Source: a virus. Taken from it: DNA of 16,276 nt. The stretch is from the IMG/VR virus record IMGVR_UViG_3300045988_170116, positions 1-16,276 of that record. One strand, 5' to 3'. The position numbers and the translations under genes are program-made. The notes beneath the pieces were generated by a model, which had not been told where the DNA came from, did not search any database, and was given only the letters and a program-made list of their open reading frames with translations. This document shows positions 1 to 7,131 of the stretch, piece after piece (positions within the stretch are counted from its first letter, which is position 1; each line of letters opens with the position of its first letter).

Positions 1-55
1 GCGCCCCCGACAGGACTCGAACCTGCAACCTCGGGATTGGGAGGCGATTAGTTAC
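1..55. repeat. attL core: displaced duplicate of a tRNA 3' segment
   Basis: 55/55 identity with 16222-16276. Minus-strand reading gives T-arm GCAGG-TTCGAGT-CCTGT and acceptor 3' strand CGGGGGC. Sequence beyond 55 (56-100) lacks the complementary acceptor 5' strand, so this copy is a fragment and not a whole tRNA. Confidence 0.85.
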
Positions 56-86
56 GCTGCTAGCGATCCTGAATGCGTGCTGAGAA

Positions 87-920
87 TTGCTGCGTAATCA
101 TCTACTTATGTCCGTCAACACAATTTCGATTGAGTGGAGAAACTCAATCGCTTCATATGAAACGTATCTACTAGCTAGCGGTTGCTCACCAAAGACGGTG
201 AGACTTAGGAAAGATTGGATAGCGCGTTATGTGCGGTGGATCGATGAGGATCCATTCAGTGTGAAAGATACGGTGGTAGTCGAGTGGAGTGCTCATCAAG
301 AATGGTCACAGTCCACACGTCGCAGTGCTCATCAATCTGTCAAGAGCTTCTATCAGTGGGCACACGGGCAAGGGCTCATTGATCATATGCCGATCATTCC
401 GAAAGTTCGTAAGGCTGTACCGTCTCCACATCCTGCGAGTGATGCGGCGGTAGCTTCGTGCCTACTATCGCGGGATTGGAGAGTGAAACTCGCTGCTCGG
501 CTGTCTGTCGAGCTTGGTATGAGGCGCGGTGAGGTCGCGTGCATTAACGTCGATCGAGATCTAATAGATTCGAGCGACGGAGCTGCACTCATCGTGCATG
601 GTAAGGGTGGTAAGACGCGTGTCATCCCTATTACCGAGTCATTAGCGGGCGAACTGCGTAAATATCAAGGATTCGTATTCCCGGGTAACGTCGGTGGGCA
701 CATTAGTCCGGAATGGCTCGGAAAGCTACTCTCAAGGTCGATGCCAGCCGGGGTGTCAATGCATGCTCTTCGGCACCGTTTCACGACGCGAGCATATCGA
801 GCGACGCGGGATTTAGTTGCCGTTCAGAGAGTCCTCGGGCATGCCTCTCCTGAAACGACATTAGTGTATTTGCAGATGTCAGACGATGCTTTACGTAGGG
901 TAGTGGAGGCCGCTGCGTAA
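87..920 (+). CDS. int: Tyrosine integrase (XerC/D-like, SAM-like N-terminal domain plus catalytic domain)
   Basis: Catalytic signature LGMRRGE (Arg), HALRHRF (His-x-x-Arg) and LGHASPETTLVY (His ... Tyr nucleophile). Lies next to the att repeat. The ORF-track start is TTG 87; the first ATG is 108. C-terminus is ...RRVVEAAA. Confidence 0.95.
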   Translation: MLRNHLLMSVNTISIEWRNSIASYETYLLASGCSPKTVRLRKDWIARYVRWIDEDPFSVKDTVVVEWSAHQEWSQSTRRSAHQSVKSFYQWAHGQGLIDHMPIIPKVRKAVPSPHPASDAAVASCLLSRDWRVKLAARLSVELGMRRGEVACINVDRDLIDSSDGAALIVHGKGGKTRVIPITESLAGELRKYQGFVFPGNVGGHISPEWLGKLLSRSMPAGVSMHALRHRFTTRAYRATRDLVAVQRVLGHASPETTLVYLQMSDDALRRVVEAAA

Positions 921-943
921 ACAAATGTTACCAAACAGTTACA

Positions 944-992
944 TAACTATAGCCTACCATGTTGACACTGTCGGCATAGTAGGCTATAGTTA
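944..992 (+). promoter_or_regulatory. Near-consensus sigma70-type promoter embedded in a perfect 14-bp inverted repeat
   Basis: TTGACA (962-967), 17-nt spacer, TATAGT (985-990). Inverted repeat taactatagcctac (944-957) / gtaggctatagtta (979-992): the -35 sits in the loop and the -10 in the right arm. Confidence 0.65.
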
Positions 993-1037
993 ATCATGTC
1001 AGGGAAAACCTGACAACAACTAAAGAAGGGAGGCATC

Positions 1038-1127
1038 TTGACAGTCGGTGACTGGGTACAAACAGCACTAACGATTGTCGTGATCGGTCTGATGATCTAT
1101 CAGATCAGACAAGATAATCAGAGGTGA
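1038..1127 (+). CDS. 29-aa hydrophobic micropeptide (MTVGDWVQTALTIVVIGLMIYQIRQDNQR), single TM helix with polar/basic tail
   Basis: Not in the ORF track because it is too short. Strong SD GAAGGGAGG (1025-1033) lies 4 nt before TTG 1038; open to TGA 1125-1127. It is downstream of the promoter at 962-990 and a 5' hairpin (997-1015), and followed by the hairpin at 1133-1162. Confidence 0.4.
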   Translation: MTVGDWVQTALTIVVIGLMIYQIRQDNQR

Positions 1128-1132
1128 TGTCC

Positions 1133-1162
1133 CGGTAGGGGCGGCGGCAACCGCCCCTACCG
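1133..1162 (+). terminator. Perfect 12-bp GC-rich hairpin (possible attenuator or U-tract-less terminator)
   Basis: cggtaggggcgg (1133-1144) / ccgcccctaccg (1151-1162), 6-nt loop. No T-tract follows, so termination is probably partial. Confidence 0.45.
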
Positions 1163-1180
1163 CCCAGTCTCTCACACGGG

Positions 1181-1372
1181 ATGGAGGGTGACAAGATGAA
1201 CAAGAACATTCAGCTAATCGTTTTCGCCGTAATCTGCCTTATAGCAGCGGTTTTAGCCGTTCGCACAGCTATGGGCGCGCTGTCTATCGTCTCTGCGTCG
1301 GTCCTGTGGGGGCTGTGGGGCATCGCTGGAGGTCTAGCGGCGGCGATGCTTCTACGTAGGGGGTCAAAGTGA
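1181..1372 (+). CDS. Small two-TM membrane protein (58-63 aa)
   Basis: Two hydrophobic helices (IQLIVFAVICLIAAVLAV; VLWGLWGIAGGLAAAMLL). SD GGAGGG (1183-1188) favours ATG 1196 as the start. The stop overlaps the next gene (GTGA at 1369-1372). Confidence 0.6.
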   Translation: MEGDKMNKNIQLIVFAVICLIAAVLAVRTAMGALSIVSASVLWGLWGIAGGLAAAMLLRRGSK

Positions 1373-1593
1373 CAATTTATTATTTGTCTGCGACGGACTT
1401 TGCCCGGCGGGCCGGGCTGGCCGTCGAGACGATCCGGCGGTACATGCAACGGGGGCTTATCCCACCGCCTGATGCGATTATTGGCCTCGACGACGTGAAT
1501 GGCCGTCCAATTCCTGGATGGACGGCTGAGAGCGTAGACCATTGGATGAATAACCGTCTTGGGCGCGGGCACCGTAGCGATTTGAAGAAGTAG
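1369..1593 (+). CDS. MerR/excisionase-like helix-turn-helix DNA-binding protein (candidate Xis or regulator)
   Basis: N-terminal HTH LSATDFARRAGLAVETIRRYMQRGLIPPPD followed by a conserved-looking Trp region, typical of small actinophage Xis/MerR-like proteins. SD AGGGGG lies 5 nt before GTG 1369. Confidence 0.7.
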   Translation: MTIYYLSATDFARRAGLAVETIRRYMQRGLIPPPDAIIGLDDVNGRPIPGWTAESVDHWMNNRLGRGHRSDLKK

Positions 1594-1630
1594 TGTAGGC
1601 GGGCGTTGTGCCCGCCTACACTTTTATTTC
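1593..1630. terminator. Intrinsic terminator at the convergence point of plus and minus transcription units
   Basis: Perfect 12-bp stem gtgtaggcgggc (1593-1604) / gcccgcctacac (1610-1621), 5-nt loop, then TTTTATTT (1622-1629). It sits between the stop codons of 1369..1593 (+) and 1624..1926 (-). Confidence 0.8.
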
Positions 1631-1926
1631 TCCAGCACTGTGAGGCGCTGATAGATTTCCCGATGTGTGTCGTGCGCGTGATCGTCAATTGAGTCGACGC
1701 GACGCGTAATTTGTAGGAGCTGCGCGCTTTGGTGGTCTAGCTGCGTCCCATGCTCGTCTAAGCTGCTTTCAATGCGATTCAGCTGGTCTTTCACGGAGCT
1801 TCCGTGATCCGGTTCGAGCTGCGCACGGGTCTTGCGGGTGGCGAGGAGCGCGGCCCCGCTTGTGAGGGCGGCGGCGAGCCCGCCTAGTCCGCCGGTGGCG
1901 GCGATCACCTCAGCTACAGCGTTCAT
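1624..1926 (-). CDS. Lysis-cassette membrane-anchored coiled-coil protein (100 aa; holin accessory or second holin-like)
   Basis: The real start is probably ATG 1926, which overlaps the holin stop (ATGA). It has an N-terminal Gly/Ala-rich TM segment (VIAATGGLGGLAAALTSGAALLA) and then a heptad-like helical region. The upstream 57 codons of ORF 1624..2097 overlap the holin out of frame. Confidence 0.6.
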   Translation of the reverse strand: MNAVAEVIAATGGLGGLAAALTSGAALLATRKTRAQLEPDHGSSVKDQLNRIESSLDEHGTQLDHQSAQLLQITRRVDSIDDHAHDTHREIYQRLTVLEK

Positions 1927-2138
1927 TGGTCGCCTCGTGGCGTGTGTGCTAGTGCTGTGGCGGTGCCGAGCACTGAGGCCGCTAGGGATATCCACAGGGG
2001 GGCGGTGGTCTGGTCTACGATGCCGTAGACGGTCAGGATCGGGACCAGGGCTGTGATGATGCCGTATAGCCAGGCGCGGACCTGCGGGGTGAGCCACGAT
2101 AGGGGTTGCGGGCTAGCGTGACGCGGGGATTCATTCAC
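1923..2138 (-). CDS. Holin (two-TM, actinophage-type)
   Basis: Two TM helices (VRAWLYGIITALVPILTVYGI; LWISLAASVLGTATALA). Lies immediately downstream of the endolysin, with a GTGA start/stop overlap at 2135-2138. Confidence 0.75.
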   Translation of the reverse strand: MNESPRHASPQPLSWLTPQVRAWLYGIITALVPILTVYGIVDQTTAPLWISLAASVLGTATALAHTPRGDQ

Positions 2139-2896
2139 TTGGATGCTCCTACCTCGATCAGGGACACGAGATCATCAATGCGCTTCGACAGCGCATTGAT
2201 GCCGTCATATACTCGTGCGAAATTGGCTCCTGCCCACTCGATTTCTAGACCTGCGTCGGTTTGTTCATTGCTGATGCCGCCGTCTGTATCACGCTTGTAA
2301 TGTGGGGTGAGGAGGAGCTGTTCGAGCTTTTCAATCCTCATATCCATGTACCCAATCATTGCTCCCACGCTTCCGGTGTGTCCGTCCGGGCGTGTGATGG
2401 TGTCGGTAAGTTGCATGTCGTTCTCACTTTCTTCTGGGTGTGTTGAGAGGTAATCGAGTCGGTCTAGCTTGTCTATGTAGTTGCCGGGGCAAGCGGTAGC
2501 GAAATGGTCGCAGTGGCGCGAGAGTGGTAGGTATCCCCATTCGCTTCGGATAGCGGCGATAAGACGCGCGATAGTCCTCATGTCGCCGTCCGTGGCTGCG
2601 GGATGGCATTCGATTCCGATCGAGCGCGAATTGTTTCCGTAGCAATGCCAGGCGCGATCCCGGTCTGAAACAAGCTGCGTAATCCGTCCGTCTGATACGA
2701 CGTAGTGCGCGCTGGTGGGGTTAGACCGGTTTCCATCACTGAGAAAAGCCACGACTTGATCATGGGTTTGGTTCCATTCTGGGAGCCCCCACCAATGGAT
2801 GACGATTTCTGTGGGGTCGCCGTTGGGGCGACCGTCGTCGTAGTTTGGGCTTTGGTGGATGTCGGTAACCGCATAGTTCGGATTGATGTGGCTCAT
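2135..2896 (-). CDS. Endolysin: N-acetylmuramoyl-L-alanine amidase (Amidase_2/PGRP fold) with an uncharacterised C-terminal region
   Basis: Motifs EIVIHWWG, SAHYVV, AWHCYG..NSRSIGIE and RHCDHFATACPG (Zn ligands His/His/Cys). ATG 2896 overlaps the upstream stop (ATGA); the ORF-track start at 2905 is a GTG. Confidence 0.9.
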   Translation of the reverse strand: MSHINPNYAVTDIHQSPNYDDGRPNGDPTEIVIHWWGLPEWNQTHDQVVAFLSDGNRSNPTSAHYVVSDGRITQLVSDRDRAWHCYGNNSRSIGIECHPAATDGDMRTIARLIAAIRSEWGYLPLSRHCDHFATACPGNYIDKLDRLDYLSTHPEESENDMQLTDTITRPDGHTGSVGAMIGYMDMRIEKLEQLLLTPHYKRDTDGGISNEQTDAGLEIEWAGANFARVYDGINALSKRIDDLVSLIEVGASK

Positions 2897-3354
2897 GCGA
2901 TCCACGCCCCCTGTCCGTAAAACCTCCAGTTTTGCGTAAAGTGAGTGAAGTGATCGACGCGGATTTTAACGGTTCGCCCGGCTAGGATGAGTGTCATTGG
3001 GTATGAGTCCATGCCCGCTAGCATCCCGATAGGTATCCATGCAGAGCCGGTGGTGTCAGGCACTGGCACGCTAGAGGGGATCGTGCATAAGTCCACCTCA
3101 CTGGAAGCACGTTCAAAATCGAAAGCTGTGCGCGCGATTTCGAGCTCAAGAATGTGTAGAGCACCGAGGCTAGTAATTTTCCCTCCTCTACCTCCCCATT
3201 TCCAGCCTCCGTCGAAAACTGGGGCTTGTGCAGTTGCGGGTGTGAATTGTTTTTCGATTGCGGTGGCTGCAGCTTTTGCGATCGTCGGGAAATCCTCGAG
3301 CCGATCGGAGTCGAGAGGGTAGGGGAGGCTGAGGGTAGGTGTTGTGGCTGGCAT
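2893..3354 (-). CDS. Minor tail protein, candidate receptor-binding/tail-fibre protein (153 aa)
   Basis: Likely start is ATG 3354, preceded by GGAGAAAG. The N-terminus MPATTPTLSLPYPLDSDRLEDFPTIAKAAATAIE resembles the conserved N-terminal motif of actinophage tail-fibre-like proteins. It is the last tail gene before the lysis cassette. Confidence 0.55.
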   Translation of the reverse strand: MPATTPTLSLPYPLDSDRLEDFPTIAKAAATAIEKQFTPATAQAPVFDGGWKWGGRGGKITSLGALHILELEIARTAFDFERASSEVDLCTIPSSVPVPDTTGSAWIPIGMLAGMDSYPMTLILAGRTVKIRVDHFTHFTQNWRFYGQGAWIA

Positions 3355-3362
3355 TCTTTCTC

Positions 3363-5126
3363 CTAGTAGGTCAGTGACGATGTGTGTGCCCACGTGAGCG
3401 GGAGTGTTTGGTTCCATGTGAGGCCGGGCGGGAGTTGGTTCCATGTGAGGCCTCTACCGGTTGCGGCTGTCGTTGTCGTGTTGAGTTCAAGACGCCACCG
3501 CTGTTTTTCATACGTGTAGCGGCCTCCGTCGATAAACGCTGTGATCGTGCGTGCTGGGTACCATTCCGGAAGCTCAGTGATGGAAAGCATGAGGCCGAGG
3601 CGTCGTGTCGCGTCGAGGAGAGCTGCGAGAGTATCTGGCTGAGTCATGTCCGGATGTACTCGTGTGTCCCATGTGAGGTGCGGGATTGAGAAGCCTCCGG
3701 GGAGGTATGTTCTAAAGAGTCGCGCGGCGGCTGCTTCGGCTTGAGATTGAATAGCGAGAGAGGTAGACAGGCTTACTGTGCGGTATCCGATCCGGCGAAC
3801 GAGATCGCGGTCCTCGATCGTAATCGTGCGATCGGTTGAGGTTCGTCGTCCGTCGCTGTCGATGCCGGGCTGTTTCCATGTGAGGCGCGCGACGCTCGCA
3901 GCGTCCGAGTTTGACTGAGTAAGCGCTCCTGCGCGGAGTAGCTGCGATGCCGATAGGGAGTGAGCGGCTTTAAGCGCTGTCGTTTTGATCTTCCCATTAA
4001 CGAGAGAGATAATGCCGAGTGCCCCTCGCGTGGAGGGATCCTCCATCCGGATATACGGTCCCGTCGTTTTGTGCGTAGCGGCCCACATGACAGCTCCCGC
4101 GCTTGTAGCTGCAGATTTTAGGAGAGTTGCTGCAGATTGGTTGTCTACATCCTCCCAAATCAGAGTGCGCGCGGCTGGCACGGGGTCGATCACGATATTT
4201 GGGGCAATCGTTGAGGGCAGTGCTCGCGTAATCTTGTCAATTCGCGATTGGAGAGATTCGGTTTCCCAGACCTCGCCTCCGAGGTATACATGCTCGAGAT
4301 CAGCGAGAGTGTCAGCAGCGGTGAGAGAGAGAACGGGCCTGCGGGCCTCCTCGTCGAACTCGAGAGAGATGTCAGTGATTGTGCCTGCGAAAACTTCGGC
4401 GCGGATCGGCGCGGCCTCGCGGGGCCTCTGTAGAGTCACCCGGCGGATAGATCCGGTATTAAGTCCCGTCCATGTGCGCGTGTCTGAGTTCCATGCCTGC
4501 GGGCTTGTTTTCCACGCGGGGCCGGTGGGGGCAAATTGGAAAGCGAGGCCGATCCACGTGCCAGCGGCGGCGGCGGGGATAACCCAGGAGGCCGAGATAG
4601 ATCCGCTTGTATCCGTGCGTGCGACGCGCGGGCCGTAGCTTGGCTGCGCGGCGGGTCCGTGGAAATATGCTGGGAAAATCGACATTACGCCTTGTGCCGG
4701 TAGGCTAATCTCCGCGGTGATAGTCCACTGGGTACCTGCCACGGCTGCGGGCATTTCATCCCATGCTGCGGGATTATCTGAGTGCGCGGCGGGCGGGCAT
4801 ATGATCGTTGCGATATCGCGCGGGGAGTTGGGGTCTGCGTGGATCGCACCTGATTCGAGAGATCCCTCAAATGCTGTCGCGGCGGTGAGAGGCAGCTCAA
4901 TCGGCGTGCCGGTGGTGTACGTCGTGATATCCGAGGAGACAGTTACAGTCCGTCCGATCGTGTATGTTTGCATAGCGGATGCTGCGTCATCTGCAAAGAA
5001 CTGAGCTGTGCATGTAGCTGCGGCGGGTTGCGTCGCGGCGTTATCGCGTCCCCATGCGATCGTGAGGCGATCGAGAGCGGGTACGCGCCTCGAGGAAACA
5101 GAGAGAATGCATGTCGCGGTAGTCAC
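3363..5126 (-). CDS. Minor tail protein (587 aa; distal-tail/tail-tip protein)
   Basis: Lies directly downstream of the tape measure gene (GTGA overlap at 5123-5126). The N-terminal LTIAWGRD... region is typical of siphophage distal tail proteins. The call rests on position and size. Confidence 0.7.
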   Translation of the reverse strand: MTTATCILSVSSRRVPALDRLTIAWGRDNAATQPAAATCTAQFFADDAASAMQTYTIGRTVTVSSDITTYTTGTPIELPLTAATAFEGSLESGAIHADPNSPRDIATIICPPAAHSDNPAAWDEMPAAVAGTQWTITAEISLPAQGVMSIFPAYFHGPAAQPSYGPRVARTDTSGSISASWVIPAAAAGTWIGLAFQFAPTGPAWKTSPQAWNSDTRTWTGLNTGSIRRVTLQRPREAAPIRAEVFAGTITDISLEFDEEARRPVLSLTAADTLADLEHVYLGGEVWETESLQSRIDKITRALPSTIAPNIVIDPVPAARTLIWEDVDNQSAATLLKSAATSAGAVMWAATHKTTGPYIRMEDPSTRGALGIISLVNGKIKTTALKAAHSLSASQLLRAGALTQSNSDAASVARLTWKQPGIDSDGRRTSTDRTITIEDRDLVRRIGYRTVSLSTSLAIQSQAEAAAARLFRTYLPGGFSIPHLTWDTRVHPDMTQPDTLAALLDATRRLGLMLSITELPEWYPARTITAFIDGGRYTYEKQRWRLELNTTTTAATGRGLTWNQLPPGLTWNQTLPLTWAHTSSLTY

Positions 5127-7126
5127 AGCGTCACTCCGTGATTGCGCCAGTCTGCGCGCTGTAGGACGCGCTGGATTTCGCGAGCGGTAGCATCCGCGTC
5201 GAGAGCTCCATTCACGGTGATATTGACAGTCACAGGATTTCGCCCATACTCACGGTATGCAGAATTGCCGTTAAACGGAGCGATCGGCACGTTGAATGTG
5301 GGAGTGGGAGGGACTTCTACAAGGTTCGTGAACGCGTCATGTACCTTATCTGACTGCGATTCCAAGCCGAGTACGAGGCCTTGACCGGTGAAAACACCGA
5401 TCTCCTTAAACACGCGCGACGGGGATGCAATTCCCAAAAAGTTTTTAATACCGTTTACGGCTCCAGAGACGGTGCCCTTAATGCCTTCCCATAGTGCCGA
5501 GGCCATGTTCTTAATGCCATTAATCAGGCCTTGGATCACGTCGCGTCCTGCGGAATAGAGGAGCGAGCCGACGTTTCCGAGAGCGGAGAGGATTTGTCCG
5601 GGGATCCCGCTAATGATGTTCCAGAGGGCAGATGCTCCGTTAGATGCAGCGTTTTTCACCAGCTCCCATGCGGAGGACCAGAGATTACCTAGCGTATTTT
5701 TGATTCCGCTAAAGATGTTCGTAATGACGTTCCACATGTTGCCAACAAGGTTGCCGACAAGGGTAACGACGTTTGAGACGACGTTTTTCGCGGAATTCCA
5801 AGCTGCGGACCAGTCTCCGCTAAACAGTGCGGATACGAAATCTACAACGCTGTGTACAACATTAATGAGATCACCGAGATATGTTTTAACCGTTTCGACG
5901 ACTGCGGAAACTGCGGGCATGAACGCTGCGATAATCGGCTGAACGAACTGCCAAGCCGAGGTTGCCATATTAATAATGGCTTGTCCGAGCGAGAATAGCT
6001 GTGAGGCTACTCCGCTAACCCACGGTCCAACCGTCGCAAGCGCGTTTGTAACGGGCGTGAAATCGATTCCGTCGATAAAGTCCATGACCTTACCGAGAGC
6101 ATCTCCGACAAAGCTAAACAGGCCCTCGGCGATAGGACGCAGCGCCTCCATCCCGCGATTCTTGAGGATCTCCCATTTCTCGGCGGCATCCATCGTTTCG
6201 GCTCCGACCTCGAGGATAGAGTCTCCGGTCGCTCCGATATGTCCCATGAGATCATCAAGATTGATCGAGCCGCTCTTAATGGCTTGCACCATTTGAGCCG
6301 CTCCCTTGGTGCCGAACACTTTTCCGGCAAGATCGAGCGCACCTGCAGTGTCTCCGCGCTGCGTAAACTCCTCGATTTCGCGCGTGACTCGGAAGAACGC
6401 TGCTTGCATATCCTCACCGGGCTTGGCGACAGCGAGCATGCCCTTTTTCATGACTCCGAGCGTCGCGGCGGAGTCTACACCGGCTTTATCCAGCGATCCG
6501 ACGAGAGCGGCGCTCTCCTCGAAACTAAATCCGAGATCGGAAAGCGTCTCGGCACCTGCAGTAATTTTTCCAGCGAGATCGTTGATTCCCACTCCGGTTG
6601 CCTGCGATACCCTAAACAGGTTATCCATCGCTCCGGAGACTTCATCATTCGTGAGATTGAATGCATGAAACGCAGCCGTCGTGCTGTTAATATCGACATC
6701 TTCACCGAGGATGCGACCGGCCTCTAGATACTGCTTCGCAACGGTTTGCAGTTGCTCTCCGGAAAGACCGAGGCGAGTGTTCAGATCGGCTACCGTTTTA
6801 CCGGCATCCGTGAAAGAGGTCGGGATGGAAGTTGCGACTGCATGCGCGTCATCTACAAGCCCTTTGAGAGCATCTCCCGTTGCTCCGGTCCCTACGCGGA
6901 TCGTGTCCTCGACCTCATCAAATGTCGTCCCGATATCCCATAGGGCCTTAGTGGCGACAACTGCGGCACCTGCGAGAGCGGTTCCGATCATTGCCGCTGA
7001 GGGGAGGCCTCCGGTGATCTTAGAGAATAATCCTCCTCCTGCATCCTCAGTTTCGTGCATGGCTTTAACAGCGCTCGACGCGTCACCGAGGATTTTCACG
7101 GAGAGAATCGCGCTTTTACCAGCCAT
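5123..7126 (-). CDS. Tail tape measure protein (667 aa)
   Basis: Ala/Gly-rich helical protein with periodic Trp/Phe repeats (WNSAKNVV..MWNVITNIF..LWSSAWELV..LWNIISGI..LWEGIKG) and a C-terminal GIASPSRVFKEIG motif. Preceded by the G/GT chaperone pair. Confidence 0.95.
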   Translation of the reverse strand: MAGKSAILSVKILGDASSAVKAMHETEDAGGGLFSKITGGLPSAAMIGTALAGAAVVATKALWDIGTTFDEVEDTIRVGTGATGDALKGLVDDAHAVATSIPTSFTDAGKTVADLNTRLGLSGEQLQTVAKQYLEAGRILGEDVDINSTTAAFHAFNLTNDEVSGAMDNLFRVSQATGVGINDLAGKITAGAETLSDLGFSFEESAALVGSLDKAGVDSAATLGVMKKGMLAVAKPGEDMQAAFFRVTREIEEFTQRGDTAGALDLAGKVFGTKGAAQMVQAIKSGSINLDDLMGHIGATGDSILEVGAETMDAAEKWEILKNRGMEALRPIAEGLFSFVGDALGKVMDFIDGIDFTPVTNALATVGPWVSGVASQLFSLGQAIINMATSAWQFVQPIIAAFMPAVSAVVETVKTYLGDLINVVHSVVDFVSALFSGDWSAAWNSAKNVVSNVVTLVGNLVGNMWNVITNIFSGIKNTLGNLWSSAWELVKNAASNGASALWNIISGIPGQILSALGNVGSLLYSAGRDVIQGLINGIKNMASALWEGIKGTVSGAVNGIKNFLGIASPSRVFKEIGVFTGQGLVLGLESQSDKVHDAFTNLVEVPPTPTFNVPIAPFNGNSAYREYGRNPVTVNITVNGALDADATAREIQRVLQRADWRNHGVTL

Positions 7127-7131
7127 GAGTG

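Noticed and set aside
29-44. Anticodon-loop readings: CTCCCAA (Gly-CCC-like) on the minus strand, and CTCGGGA (Pro-CGG-like) on the plus strand
   Set aside because: For the minus-strand reading the flanking 5-mers (ATCGC / TCCCG) do not pair. The plus-strand reading is on the wrong strand relative to the T arm. The isotype is therefore left unassigned.
1-55. The repeat could be the 3' end of tmRNA (ssrA), a common phage target
   Set aside because: The acceptor strand CGGGGGC implies a 5' strand GCCCCCG, with C3-G70 instead of the G3-U70 pair required for alanylation of tmRNA.
1210-1688. Minus-strand ORFs 1210..1572 and 1380..1688 overlapping the small plus-strand genes
   Set aside because: They run through the strong terminator at 1593-1630 and lie opposite genes that have good SDs and coupled starts. 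Their products are Arg/Pro-rich with no motifs.
1927-2097. N-terminal extensions of ORF-track calls (1624..2097, 13752..14231, 9081..10763, 2893..3444, 7248..7589, 15462..15677)
   Set aside because: Each extension overlaps the upstream gene out of frame and is His/Arg/Pro-rich. In every case an internal ATG coincides with the upstream stop (ATGA) or follows an SD, so the shorter forms were reported.
2424-2874. Alternative-frame minus-strand ORFs 2424..2645 and 2578..2874, and plus-strand ORFs 2261..2446 and 2705..2920, inside the endolysin locus
   Set aside because: The 2135..2896 frame carries the complete amidase zinc-ligand motif set. The others are frame shadows.
3985-4638. 217-aa plus-strand ORF, together with similar plus-strand ORFs at 4717..5004, 5613..5942, 5976..6296, 6239..6727, 6306..6668, 6681..7151, 10393..11022, 12246..12581 and 13032..13283
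   Set aside because: All are antisense to well-supported tail, TMP, portal and terminase genes. Their compositions are Arg/Ser/Pro-rich, and none shows operon logic or translational coupling.
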